Numbered from the stretch's first letter, positions 31,626 to 41,102 are shown. The stretch: DNA of 64,000 bases from Candidatus Poribacteria bacterium (GCA_965198235.1 OZ240248.1:3008001-3072000); one strand, 5' to 3'. Made by a program: numbers and translations. The notes: generated from the letters alone by a model not told the origin.

Positions 31626-34190
31626 GTGAATTTCAAAGGAGTTTTGATGATGAAAGGTTTTCTAAGGACATTCATATTCCCCTCTCCACCCCGTAGGGGG
31701 TTTTTGCTTGGGTGTTTTTTCAAAATCTCTGTAGAGAGAATAGCATGCTTAATTCTTGTTTCGATCTTTTTCATACTTCTGCACTCAGCGTTCGGGCAAG
31801 AATCCAATGTTGTTGAGGAGGTCCAAAAACAGGCGCAGAGTTGGTGGTCAAACACGCAGGTCTACGTTGGGGTTATCCTTCTCGTCTTTATAATCAGTAG
31901 CGTTGGATATGTAATAAGGCTCTTTAAAAAAGACAAACTTCTTAAGAAGCTTCTGAATAAATACGTCGTTTTTCAGATGAAGGATGGCAGACGTTACCGA
32001 GGCACCATGCGGCTGGAATTCACAGGTATGGAGATTATCTCTGAGGAATCCCGGCAACGCGGACATGCGCCGAGTTATATTTTCACCAATGAAGAACGCG
32101 ATGAGGGAATTGTCGCATACATCCGCTACCTCGATTCGATGAATACGCGTGAACTGAGAGAACGCGCTTGGGAGCTTGAGCGTGTCTATCATCCTCCTGT
32201 CATCTACAAGGTCGGACGGAAAATCCGGAATATGTTCATCGCTCTCAAAGAGGCGTTGAAAGAAGCTATTAGCATGGCATGGAGCAGTTTCACAAGAGGG
32301 GCGAACAGACGCTTAGAGCGGTACCGAGAGGCATATGAAGCTGAAGGCGGCGATCTGGAAAAAAGGTTCGAAAAATTGGAGGATGAATCTGCAGGCTACC
32401 TGGAGCAGGAAAGTTATGAACGTTTAATTGAACGCCTGATTGGAACACGGGTCAAAGTTCGAGTCCGTTTCGGTGAACATACCGCTGAGTACACGGCTAT
32501 CCTCAAGGACTACAATAGTAAACATATTGCGCTCATGAATGTAAAGGATAAGGACAACAACGGCTACGCAGACGAGTGGGAATATGAACATGAATTTAAG
32601 AAGGATCTTGCAAAACTCAACCGTCGTGATGACCGGGGGTTGCGATGTCGTGCGGAAAGCAACACAATCATCTTTGAAAACAATACACCTTATACAATCC
32701 GACTTGGACGCATTCGGTTGACGGAGGACTCACCGAAATGGGAAAAGGATTATAAGTACAAGTACCATATCGGTGCCTTCAGTGTTCAAAGACTTGAGGT
32801 AGAGCCTGTTGTTAAACATAATGTAGAACCTTTCGAGCGCGTTGCCGTTCGAGACACACGCGCCATAAGCAATTACAAAAAAATTTGGTTCAAGTTTCGC
32901 TCTTTCCGCGATGCGGATATCGTTTTCCCACGCCGCTACTGCACAATTGTTGAAAGCGCGGAGAAATACCAGCCTGAACTTTTCAGTCTTACCGGCTTGA
33001 CAGACACTATTTTAGACATGCGTGATGCGGAGGACATCGCTATTACGGACAAAGATGGCAATGCTATTCACGGTATCAACGTTGTTCACGGATATGTGAC
33101 AAATGTCAATGAAGAACGTATTGATTTAAAGGCAATTGATGCGAGTTATAGCCGAAGATGGGACGTTGAAAACGCGTTTCTCCGTTTTGATAATAAACTC
33201 CGCCACGGATTTCCTATCTACAAGCGGCTTCTACCGATAAATCGCGCCCGGATTACAGCGCACGCTTCCCTCGTTGAGCAGATACACAGTAACCCGGTTC
33301 GACATGCGGCGTTAGCGCCGCTTGTTTATCCACAGCCACGTAGCCTAAACGCTGCGGAACAGCGAACACGCAGCCGAAAACGGATGCGGAATCGAATTGT
33401 GAGGGGCATAAATGCTGCAATTTGGAAATCAGGAAACGGGCTCTCCAAAACTCCTGATATAAAACGTTCGGAAGTACAGATCGCGATGCCTCTCAAACTC
33501 ATGGCACTCACTGGAAATACATCCACTGTCGAGTTTCCAGTCCTTGAACGTTTTGAATACGTTCAAGATCACCACATGATTTACAACTCGGTTCAAGATT
33601 TACGGACCGATCGGCTTGCCAAGACTAATATTTTATGGATTGGCAACGGCGAAATTTACAAATCCGGCTATCGATTAAACATAGATGCTGAACATCGAAT
33701 TAAAAACTTCGTCAGCCAAGGGGGAGTCGTCATCGTTTCCGGACAAGATGTCAAAGCCAGTGCCAAACAACGCCGCGGCACAGGGTGGATTCCGGAGCCG
33801 CTCACCGGAATTGAATGTGAAGAGGCTTATGAGCTCTCTCCTACATCACAAGGAAAACGCTCCCGTATTTTCCAACATCCGAATCCACTTAATGGAAATC
33901 ATGCCGATCCAGAGGCGCAGGATCACCCCTTTATTCGACTGGATGATATGTGGTTGGATCCTCTTGGAAAATGGACATCTCTCGCCAAGATTAACACGAC
34001 TGCTGCGGGTTTGCCAAGAAATGGTGAAGATGCCTCCGCGCTGCTACTCCTTCCGTTTCAGAAGGGGTTATACATCGTCACCAGTTTGAAGAATGAGACG
34101 CAGGCGGATGTGCAGGTCAACGATAAAATTATGGAAAACCTGCTCCATTTTTCTGTCAAATGGCTCGACCGGCAACGTAAGAGCGTTTAA
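31626..34190 (+). CDS. Large membrane-anchored hypothetical protein (start uncertain)
   Basis: 854-codon ORF, two N-terminal hydrophobic segments, C-terminal class-I GATase-like segment (IKNFVSQGGVVIVSGQ). Confidence 0.7.
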   Translation: MNFKGVLMMKGFLRTFIFPSPPRRGFLLGCFFKISVERIACLILVSIFFILLHSAFGQESNVVEEVQKQAQSWWSNTQVYVGVILLVFIISSVGYVIRLFKKDKLLKKLLNKYVVFQMKDGRRYRGTMRLEFTGMEIISEESRQRGHAPSYIFTNEERDEGIVAYIRYLDSMNTRELRERAWELERVYHPPVIYKVGRKIRNMFIALKEALKEAISMAWSSFTRGANRRLERYREAYEAEGGDLEKRFEKLEDESAGYLEQESYERLIERLIGTRVKVRVRFGEHTAEYTAILKDYNSKHIALMNVKDKDNNGYADEWEYEHEFKKDLAKLNRRDDRGLRCRAESNTIIFENNTPYTIRLGRIRLTEDSPKWEKDYKYKYHIGAFSVQRLEVEPVVKHNVEPFERVAVRDTRAISNYKKIWFKFRSFRDADIVFPRRYCTIVESAEKYQPELFSLTGLTDTILDMRDAEDIAITDKDGNAIHGINVVHGYVTNVNEERIDLKAIDASYSRRWDVENAFLRFDNKLRHGFPIYKRLLPINRARITAHASLVEQIHSNPVRHAALAPLVYPQPRSLNAAEQRTRSRKRMRNRIVRGINAAIWKSGNGLSKTPDIKRSEVQIAMPLKLMALTGNTSTVEFPVLERFEYVQDHHMIYNSVQDLRTDRLAKTNILWIGNGEIYKSGYRLNIDAEHRIKNFVSQGGVVIVSGQDVKASAKQRRGTGWIPEPLTGIECEEAYELSPTSQGKRSRIFQHPNPLNGNHADPEAQDHPFIRLDDMWLDPLGKWTSLAKINTTAAGLPRNGEDASALLLLPFQKGLYIVTSLKNETQADVQVNDKIMENLLHFSVKWLDRQRKSV

Positions 34191-35383
34191 TTTATCTGTA
34201 GGAGCGAGTGGTTTTCTGCCGCCGATCTGGAACCCAGCAACACATCAGTAAGCTTCTCATCGCCTTCGGTAACAACCAGTGCAACCGCTAAAACGACTAT
34301 CGGAAGGTTCCAGTTATCTGCAAAGCGCGCTAATTTCTGCTCGTCTTTCTGTGTTGTGACAATCAGATCTGCCCCTGCTTCTTGAAAAGCCGTATCTATT
34401 CGCTGTTTATCGGTTTCTGTATAGACATGGTGATCGGGAAATGCCAGCAGTTCTACACTCGCAACGGAGCATCGCATGAGGGTCGCAACAAACGTATCCG
34501 GGTTTCCAATTCCACAAACTGCAAGAATCCGTTTTCCCTTGAGTTCTTTCATATCAGTGGGAATGGCTTTCGGATCTCGGATTTCAGCCGTCGGCAAAGA
34601 AGGTTTCGTGCTAATTGCTGACGGCTGATTGCTGATGGCTAATGGATAGAGATGTGTTGGCTGGTGAATGCTTTCCAAGACCGATGCGTTCGGTGCCAAG
34701 GGTTTCACCAATTTTTTGATATGTGCAGATACGTCAGGTGTGTCTGCATGCGTCAGTAAGATAAGGTCTGCGCGTTGTAGAGCGGCGGGTGGTTCACGTA
34801 GGGTTCCCGCGGGTAGCAATTTCTCTGGACTACCGAAGGGATGTGTTGCCGGGATAGTGAGAATATCGACATCACGCGCAAGCTGCCGATGCTGAAACCC
34901 ATCATCTAAGAGCAAGACATCTACCTTGAAACGTTCAAGCGCAACCTGACCTGCCAGATAGCGACATTTACCTGCGAGAATCGGAACGCTACTGAGGTGT
35001 TTTGCCATCATGTCCGCTTCATCACCGCTTTCTATGGGAGCGGCACACACTTTTTCGCCGTCCGAGACGATGGTCACTTTTTCGCGAGCACGACGTTTAT
35101 ACCCGCGCAGCAGAATAGCGACGCGCATCCCCTCTCTTTGAAGATGTTTCACAATGGTGATAACAGCAGGTGTTTTACCTGTCCCGCCAACAACAATGTT
35201 ACCGACACTGATGACGCGGCATGGCAATCTGCGTGCTTTAAATATCCCGTGTGTATATAAGATATTCCGTAGTTGGACGCTTGCCGTGTAGAACCAACTC
35301 AATGGAATTAATAAAAAGCGTAGAGGGGTGGCGAGAATCCTCTGCTGTAGCGAGGCAAGATCGCGGGAGTGTGTGAGTTTCAT
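34187..35383 (-). CDS. lpxK: Tetraacyldisaccharide 4'-kinase
   Basis: SVGNIVVGGTGKTP, GDEA, LDDGFQH, LLPAGTLRE, GIGNP, FPDHH. Confidence 0.93.
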   Translation of the reverse strand: MKLTHSRDLASLQQRILATPLRFLLIPLSWFYTASVQLRNILYTHGIFKARRLPCRVISVGNIVVGGTGKTPAVITIVKHLQREGMRVAILLRGYKRRAREKVTIVSDGEKVCAAPIESGDEADMMAKHLSSVPILAGKCRYLAGQVALERFKVDVLLLDDGFQHRQLARDVDILTIPATHPFGSPEKLLPAGTLREPPAALQRADLILLTHADTPDVSAHIKKLVKPLAPNASVLESIHQPTHLYPLAISNQPSAISTKPSLPTAEIRDPKAIPTDMKELKGKRILAVCGIGNPDTFVATLMRCSVASVELLAFPDHHVYTETDKQRIDTAFQEAGADLIVTTQKDEQKLARFADNWNLPIVVLAVALVVTEGDEKLTDVLLGSRSAAENHSLLQIN

Positions 35384-35472
35384 AGTGAATAAAGTTTGCA
35401 AGTATCCTAAAGTTGCGAAGTCTGTAAAGTTGAAAGAAGATTTCCTAACAACTTTAGGCACTTTAGAGCACT

Positions 35473-36630
35473 TTACAGACTTTTTGCAGCATCTAACACT
35501 AATTCCGCTGTGCGTTCAGCTGCACCAGCAGTGCCGAGTTGTGCGTGCACCGTTTGGAGTGCCTCCCGTTGTGTCTTTCGTTTCTGTGGATTCTGTAGGA
35601 AATCAAGAGACAGTTCCGTCAGAGCAGTAGGTGTCAGTTCTGTCTGTAGGAGTTCTGGGACAATGTCTCGTCCCGCAATAAGGTTCGGAAGTCCGCTCCG
35701 CTCCAAGGGGGTCAATGCCTTGATGATGTGCCAGTTAAGCGATGCTGTCCGAAAAACAATGATCATCGGTGTACCGATGCATGCCGCCTCAAGCGTCGCT
35801 GTGCCAGAGGTAACCAGTAACAAGGTCGATGCTCGCATTGCCGGATAAGTTGCGTCTTCCACAATTTTGATGGGTGGAATCTGCAGTCCTGACAGGTTTT
35901 GCTCCTGCTGGTACTTCGTAATGAGTTCGTGTGAAATTCCTGGTGCTAATGGGAGAACCCACTGGGCGTTTGGATAGACTTTGGCAATGTTTGCCGCGGC
36001 GCTTAGCATCACTGGCAAAATGTGTCGAATTTCGGAACGGCGACTCCCTGGCATCAATCCGATGACAGGCGTATTCTCAGCGTCTTCCGTTTCACATAAA
36101 TTGAGATGTTCGCGTGCGGCTTGTGTGCTGAGGGGTGTCTGTGCGAAATCAACAAGCGGGTGCCCGACAAATTCGGCGTTCGCACCCGCGTTTCGGTAAA
36201 ATTCTGCTTCAAAAGGGAAGATTGCCGCGACAACGTCTGCCCACTTTGCCAACTTCCGTGCCCGGTTTGCACGCCACGCCCACGCTTTCGGCGGGATGTA
36301 ATACACGACTCGGACACCCTGCTTCTGGGCAAACTTCGCTAACGGCATATTAAACTCCGCAAAGTCCACGAGGAGAAGAACATCGGGGCGTTCCTCACGG
36401 ATGCGCCGTTTCAGATGTGCCTGTTTCCGAAGGAACATCGGTAGGACAGTGATAACATCCGCAAACCCCATGACAGCCGAATCTCGGATATGAAAATCGA
36501 GTGACACGGATGCCTTTTCCATCCAGTCGCCGCCCATGCCGAAGAGTGTTATATCGGGACAAAGTGCCGTGAGTCGGCGTGCGACATGAGAAGCGTGTAA
36601 GTCACCAGAGGGTTCTCCAGCAACAATCAT
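35473..36630 (-). CDS. lpxB: Lipid-A-disaccharide synthase (start uncertain)
   Basis: IVAGEPSGD, VMGF, WAWR, FPFE, FVGHPL, PGSRRSE, SGTATLE, LPNLIA. Confidence 0.93.
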   Translation of the reverse strand: MIVAGEPSGDLHASHVARRLTALCPDITLFGMGGDWMEKASVSLDFHIRDSAVMGFADVITVLPMFLRKQAHLKRRIREERPDVLLLVDFAEFNMPLAKFAQKQGVRVVYYIPPKAWAWRANRARKLAKWADVVAAIFPFEAEFYRNAGANAEFVGHPLVDFAQTPLSTQAAREHLNLCETEDAENTPVIGLMPGSRRSEIRHILPVMLSAAANIAKVYPNAQWVLPLAPGISHELITKYQQEQNLSGLQIPPIKIVEDATYPAMRASTLLLVTSGTATLEAACIGTPMIIVFRTASLNWHIIKALTPLERSGLPNLIAGRDIVPELLQTELTPTALTELSLDFLQNPQKRKTQREALQTVHAQLGTAGAAERTAELVLDAAKSL

Positions 36631-36654
36631 AATTTTCGGCTGTCGGAAACCATC

Positions 36655-36750
36655 GTCTGAACTGTGATTTATAAGATTAGTAGATGGACCTTGATTGGAT
36701 GTTCTTGTAATCATGGCAAATCTTAAAATCATCAGAATCCAGGTTCAGAC
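36655..36750. mobile_element. 96-bp MITE-like element between argC and lpxB
   Basis: gtctgaac...gttcagac termini; partial relatives at 16431 and 38184-38211. Confidence 0.65.
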
Positions 36751-36754
36751 TTCT

Positions 36755-37798
36755 CTACGGCATCATCCCCGGCACCTTCAGTCCGTCAGTCTCTTTGAAG
36801 CCGAACATCAGATTGAGATTCTGCACAACGGCTCCTGCTGCGCCTTTACCGAGATTGTCAATTGCTGCCATCGCGACGATACGACGTGTCCGCGCATCCA
36901 CTTCAAGCCCAACATCGCAATAGTTGCTGCCGAGGACTGCCTTCGTCTGAGGGTATGTGCCGGTAGGAAGCACCCGAACGAAGGGCTCATTCTCGTAGAA
37001 CGCTGTGTACATATCAAGGGCTTCCGCTGTAGATATAACTTCTGTGAGACGCATATAGACGGTGCTAAAGATACCGCGTGTCATCGGGACAAGGTGTGGT
37101 GTGAACGTCACGCGAACTGGTTCAGATGCGACAGCACTCAATTCCTGCTCAATTTCCGGTGTATGTTGATGCACACCGACTTTGTATGCGACAAAGTTTG
37201 ACTCTCGATTCGCGTAGTGCGTATTTTCGCTCGGTTTCGGACCAGCACCCGAAATGCCCGATTTCGAGTCAATGATAATAGAGTCCAATTCCACCACACT
37301 ACGTGCCACTAACGGCAGTGCTGCAAGTATAGCACTCATTGGGTAACACCCTGGATTCGCGACGAGTTGGGCAGTGCGGATGCAATCGCGATAACGTTCC
37401 GGCAGCCCATACACTGCTTGTGGTATCAGTGATGCGCTCGTATGTTCGGCGTGATACCAAGCTTCGTAGGTTTCGGCATCCTCAAATCGATAATCTCCAC
37501 TGAAATCCACGACGCGTAAACCTTGTGCCAAAATCTGCGGCACGAAAGACATCGCCACTCTGTGTGGAACGGCGAGCACAACGGCATCCACTCTCTCTTT
37601 GAGGGAATCAATATCTAAGGCTTCAAATTTGGACGATAGAAACCCGCGGAGGTTGGGTAGAACACTGTCAATACACTGCCCAGCGTAGGTTTCAGACGTG
37701 CAAAGTGCAACATCAAGTTCGCCAGGGTGGTTGACAAGGAAGCGTAGCAATTCGCTGCCACCATACCCTGATGCGCCAATAATTCCAAGTTTCATCAT
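36755..37798 (-). CDS. argC: N-acetyl-gamma-glutamyl-phosphate reductase
   Basis: GASGYGG, VYGLPE, ANPGCY, SGISGAG, HQHTPEI, FTPHLVPMTRG, DNLGKGAAG. Confidence 0.95.
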   Translation of the reverse strand: MMKLGIIGASGYGGSELLRFLVNHPGELDVALCTSETYAGQCIDSVLPNLRGFLSSKFEALDIDSLKERVDAVVLAVPHRVAMSFVPQILAQGLRVVDFSGDYRFEDAETYEAWYHAEHTSASLIPQAVYGLPERYRDCIRTAQLVANPGCYPMSAILAALPLVARSVVELDSIIIDSKSGISGAGPKPSENTHYANRESNFVAYKVGVHQHTPEIEQELSAVASEPVRVTFTPHLVPMTRGIFSTVYMRLTEVISTAEALDMYTAFYENEPFVRVLPTGTYPQTKAVLGSNYCDVGLEVDARTRRIVAMAAIDNLGKGAAGAVVQNLNLMFGFKETDGLKVPGMMP

Positions 37799-37848
37799 TT
37801 AAGTCTCACTGTATGTTTTTTATTAGAAGGTTATAGATTATATCAGGA

Positions 37849-37877
37849 ATTGTAGCACATTTCGAGCGAAATGTCAA
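37849..37877 (-). promoter_or_regulatory. Sigma70 promoter for argC-lpxB-lpxK with an internal palindrome
   Basis: TTGACA-N17-TACAAT on the minus strand; acatttcg-ag-cgaaatgt overlaps the spacer and -35. Confidence 0.7.
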
Positions 37878-37953
37878 ATTATTGCAGGGGCTCACACCCA
37901 GAGCCATTCAATTCTCACGAGGTGCCTTTGTGGGAGGGCTTTATCAGTTTCTT

Positions 37954-38169
37954 GTAGGTTGGGTTGAACGCAACTTCACCAGAACCCACAATCCTCGCAA
38001 ACCTCGGACGGACAAAAACACATTAATATCTCCAATCCCGTAGTGAAACCCAACGAAAGCCTTGGAAAGTTGGGTTTCGCTGTCTTCCTGTGATGCGGCA
38101 GGGTTCTCCAAGATTAGGGGTTTCTTGGGTATATCCCGGTCTGGGTCGGTTCCGCTCAACCCAACCTAC
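37954..38169. repeat. REPIN-like inverted pair of GTAG-type REP units
   Basis: gtaggttgggttgaacg ... cgctcaacccaacctac with inner gaaacccaac/gttgggtttc. Confidence 0.75.
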
Positions 38170-38338
38170 GTCCCTCCATGCCCATAATCCTGTAAATCCT
38201 GATTCAGACAACTGCTTGTCGATCTCCCCTCCCGATTCCTAACTGCTATTCTGCTGTAGGAGCGAGTGTTTTTGCTTGGGTGTTTCCCCATGCTCGCGAC
38301 TCTTGTTGACTGCTAACGACTGCCCCCAAAGAAATAAA

Positions 38339-38367
38339 TTGACAGACCACCGTATACGCGGTAAAAT
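38339..38367 (+). promoter_or_regulatory. Near-consensus sigma70 promoter
   Basis: TTGACA-N17-TAAAAT. Confidence 0.75.
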
Positions 38368-38387
38368 ATGTATGGAATTTGCACGAT

Positions 38388-38616
38388 GTCAGTAACCCAC
38401 TCCTAAAGGATTGGGCTTGCGCGAAGCGTAGCCAAACGTCCACTCCGCAAGTTAAACCGCTGACTATAGGTCGCCCGGACCCGTGGCGATATCAATAACG
38501 GGCATAGCGGGTCCGCAGGCACCCGAGAACAACAAAGCCTGCACTTACCCGTAAAAAAAGGAGGGCGGTTTTTCCTCCTAAACCTAAAGGATTGGGTTCC
38601 CAAACCGTGAACGTAG
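38388..38616 (+). mobile_element. Non-autonomous IS200/IS605-superfamily mini-element with an IscB-type omegaRNA-like 5' region
   Basis: Starts GTCAGTAACCC-hairpin-GGGCTTG...CTGAC; both ends carry cctaaaggattggg; followed by ATGA; no nuclease ORF. Confidence 0.6.
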
Positions 38617-38633
38617 ATGAAAAGGAGACTACT

Positions 38634-39383
38634 ATGAAGTTAGCACGATATGAATTAAATGGCACAATCAGTTACGGCATTGTCTCAGGAGACAATCTAA
38701 GCGTCCTATCGGGATGCCCGTTCAGTGAATATAGCGAAACTGGGGAAACCGTCGCGTTAGCGGATGTCAAACTGCTTGCCCCGACGACACCCACACAGGT
38801 GTTGGCTGTCGGCTTGAATTATCGGAGTCATTTGGGCGGAGATCCGGAACCGCAAAACCCTGAAATCTTTATCAAAACGCCTTCCTGTATCAACGACCCG
38901 GAGGGCAATATTGAATTACCCGATGGCGATGATGAAATCCACGCCGAAGGTGAACTCGTCGTCATAATAAAGGAACGGACAAGCAAGGCGACCCCGGAAG
39001 AAGCAGCCGCCAACATTTTGGGCGTGACCTGCGGCAATGATGTCAGCGCACGCACATGGCAGAGCAACGACATGCAGTGGTGGCGCGCCAAAGCATCTGA
39101 CACCTTTGGCCCCATGGGTCCCATCATCGCTACTGATGTTGACTACACCGATGCCCAATTGGAGACCCGCATCAACGGCGAAGTCGTCCAGAAGCAGACC
39201 ACTGCCGATCTTATTTTCCCGGTGACAACGGTTGTCAGTTTCATTTCGCAGGCGATTACTCTTGAACCGGGGGATGCAATCTTTACCGGCACACCCGGCA
39301 CAACAACTGCTTTGAAAGCCGGTGATGTCGTTGAGATTGAAATTGAAGGCATTGGCATTCTGAAAAATCCTGTCATAGCGTAG
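38634..39383 (+). CDS. Fumarylacetoacetate hydrolase family protein
   Basis: AVGLNY, HAEGELVVII, GNDVSAR, AKASDTFGPMGP, TLEPGDAIFTGTP; AAGGAG SD. Confidence 0.92.
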   Translation: MKLARYELNGTISYGIVSGDNLSVLSGCPFSEYSETGETVALADVKLLAPTTPTQVLAVGLNYRSHLGGDPEPQNPEIFIKTPSCINDPEGNIELPDGDDEIHAEGELVVIIKERTSKATPEEAAANILGVTCGNDVSARTWQSNDMQWWRAKASDTFGPMGPIIATDVDYTDAQLETRINGEVVQKQTTADLIFPVTTVVSFISQAITLEPGDAIFTGTPGTTTALKAGDVVEIEIEGIGILKNPVIA

Positions 39384-39577
39384 TAACTCCTTCGTAGATG
39401 TGCTTTCTAATCCCTTTGCTGGCGAGGTTTTTAACCTCGCCCTGTTCTACTCGGAAACTCGTCTAATATCCTGCGATTTTAAGGTTATAGATACAGGAAG
39501 CCAAGAAATCTTACCCCAGCGGGGCAAAAGGTGGATAGAATTAAAATTGTCCAAAGTTTATTAATGGGTCAACACTC

Positions 39578-40246
39578 ATGAAAAAATTGTTTAGAGATTT
39601 CGTATTATTATTGGCAGGTTTGCTCACTGTTTCAATGCTCATCGGTTGTGGCAGTGGCGATGACATAGTCACAGATGAGCCTGTTCCAGCTAATTTTGTA
39701 AGTGCGACCCCGCCGGGCGGCGAGATTGCCGCAAATGGGACTATTACGGTTACCTTTGATAACCCACCAACTGATGTCACGGTAAATGTCGGTACTGTCA
39801 AGGTTGCAGGTAAAACGTGGTTGGGTTATAAAGCGATTATCACGGGGCCTTTCGTCCCCGGTCCACTTGCATTGACGGTCACTTGGGCTGATGGAACCCA
39901 GGCACTCACCTATAGGGTTACCAGTCCTGACTGATGTGGACCCACAGTTACTGGCGGGTCCGTCAGAGATGGTGACATAGATGTCGATCCCGAAGCTATC
40001 AACAGTGACGGGAAGATTGAGATTACCTTCGCTGAAGATATGACCGGAAACATCGCCCTTCAAACCGAAAGCGGGGCTGATGTCGGTTGGCTTAGCAAAG
40101 TCGAAGGTAACAAAGCGATCCTTGAACTTGTCAAAGGTAGGGAACTTCAAAACGAAACCACCTACGTTATCAGAGGGAAAGTTCGAGACGCTGCTGGCAA
40201 CTTTATTGATATTGCTGTAACCTTTGTAACCAAGGGTAAAGAGTAA
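39578..40246 (+). CDS. Lipoprotein with two Ig-like domains, interrupted by an in-frame TGA at 39932
   Basis: Lipobox LIGC; ORFs 39578-39934 and 40040-40246 share a frame and the sequence between them is open. Confidence 0.7.
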
Positions 40247-40316
40247 ATTCAAATCCTGCTTTGACTTGCATTGGCAAGGTTTTTTAACCTTGCGTTGTCC
40301 CAATAAGGAAAAGAAA

Positions 40317-41102
40317 ATGCGTTTTAGGTATCTATCTCTTTTTCGATGTAGTCAAGTTTTTAAAAAAGTAGAACTTGCGCTTAAAATTATCGTGCTTTTG
40401 CTGAGCATCGGTATAACAGTACAAGCATCGGCAGTATTGTTGTTTCATGATGACTTTGAGAAAGATAAAATCGGAGCAGAACCCGACAAATGGGAGGTTG
40501 GGCACGACGGAAGCACAACCGCAGAAGTCGTCGCCGATCCGAAAAAAGCAAGTAATAAGGTTTTGTTAACTGCTGACAAAGCATCTAATGCTTCACGGCA
40601 CGATGTCGGTGGTTCTATCTATGTCGTCGGGGATGCAGGTTGGGACGATTATGTCGCTGAATGGGATATGATGTTTCCTGATGACTTCTATATGGGGGTT
40701 GTCTTCCGATTTCAAGGCGGTGAAAAGTTCTACTTGAGTGACCGGCGGCAAGGCGGTAGAGATTACAACTTTTACAAACGCCAAGGCGGCTGGGCACTCG
40801 TCCAAGCGGGGGTGGTGGAAAATAAACCCGAAGTCTGGTATCGCGCACAACTCGTTCTCGCCGGTGATGAATTCACATTCAAGTTGAAAGAACGGAAGGA
40901 CAAGACCCCATTTGACAAGGTCGATCCAGCGACAGAAGGTAAAGACGGAAATTTCAAAACGGGTAAGTTCGGCAACTACGGGCTTGTTTATATTGATAAC
41001 ATCTTTATCGGTGACGCTGTCGAAGACCTCGTTTTACCCGTCGAACCACGGGATAAGTTAAGCACGACATGGGGAACAATTAAAGGTGGCTACTGGAGAT
41101 AG
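40317..41102 (+). CDS. Secreted concanavalin-like (DUF1080/LamG-type) protein
   Basis: LFHDDFE, GDAGWDDY, GVVFRFQ, YIDNIFIG; tail VEPRDKLSTTWGTIK. Confidence 0.7.
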   Translation: MRFRYLSLFRCSQVFKKVELALKIIVLLLSIGITVQASAVLLFHDDFEKDKIGAEPDKWEVGHDGSTTAEVVADPKKASNKVLLTADKASNASRHDVGGSIYVVGDAGWDDYVAEWDMMFPDDFYMGVVFRFQGGEKFYLSDRRQGGRDYNFYKRQGGWALVQAGVVENKPEVWYRAQLVLAGDEFTFKLKERKDKTPFDKVDPATEGKDGNFKTGKFGNYGLVYIDNIFIGDAVEDLVLPVEPRDKLSTTWGTIKGGYWR

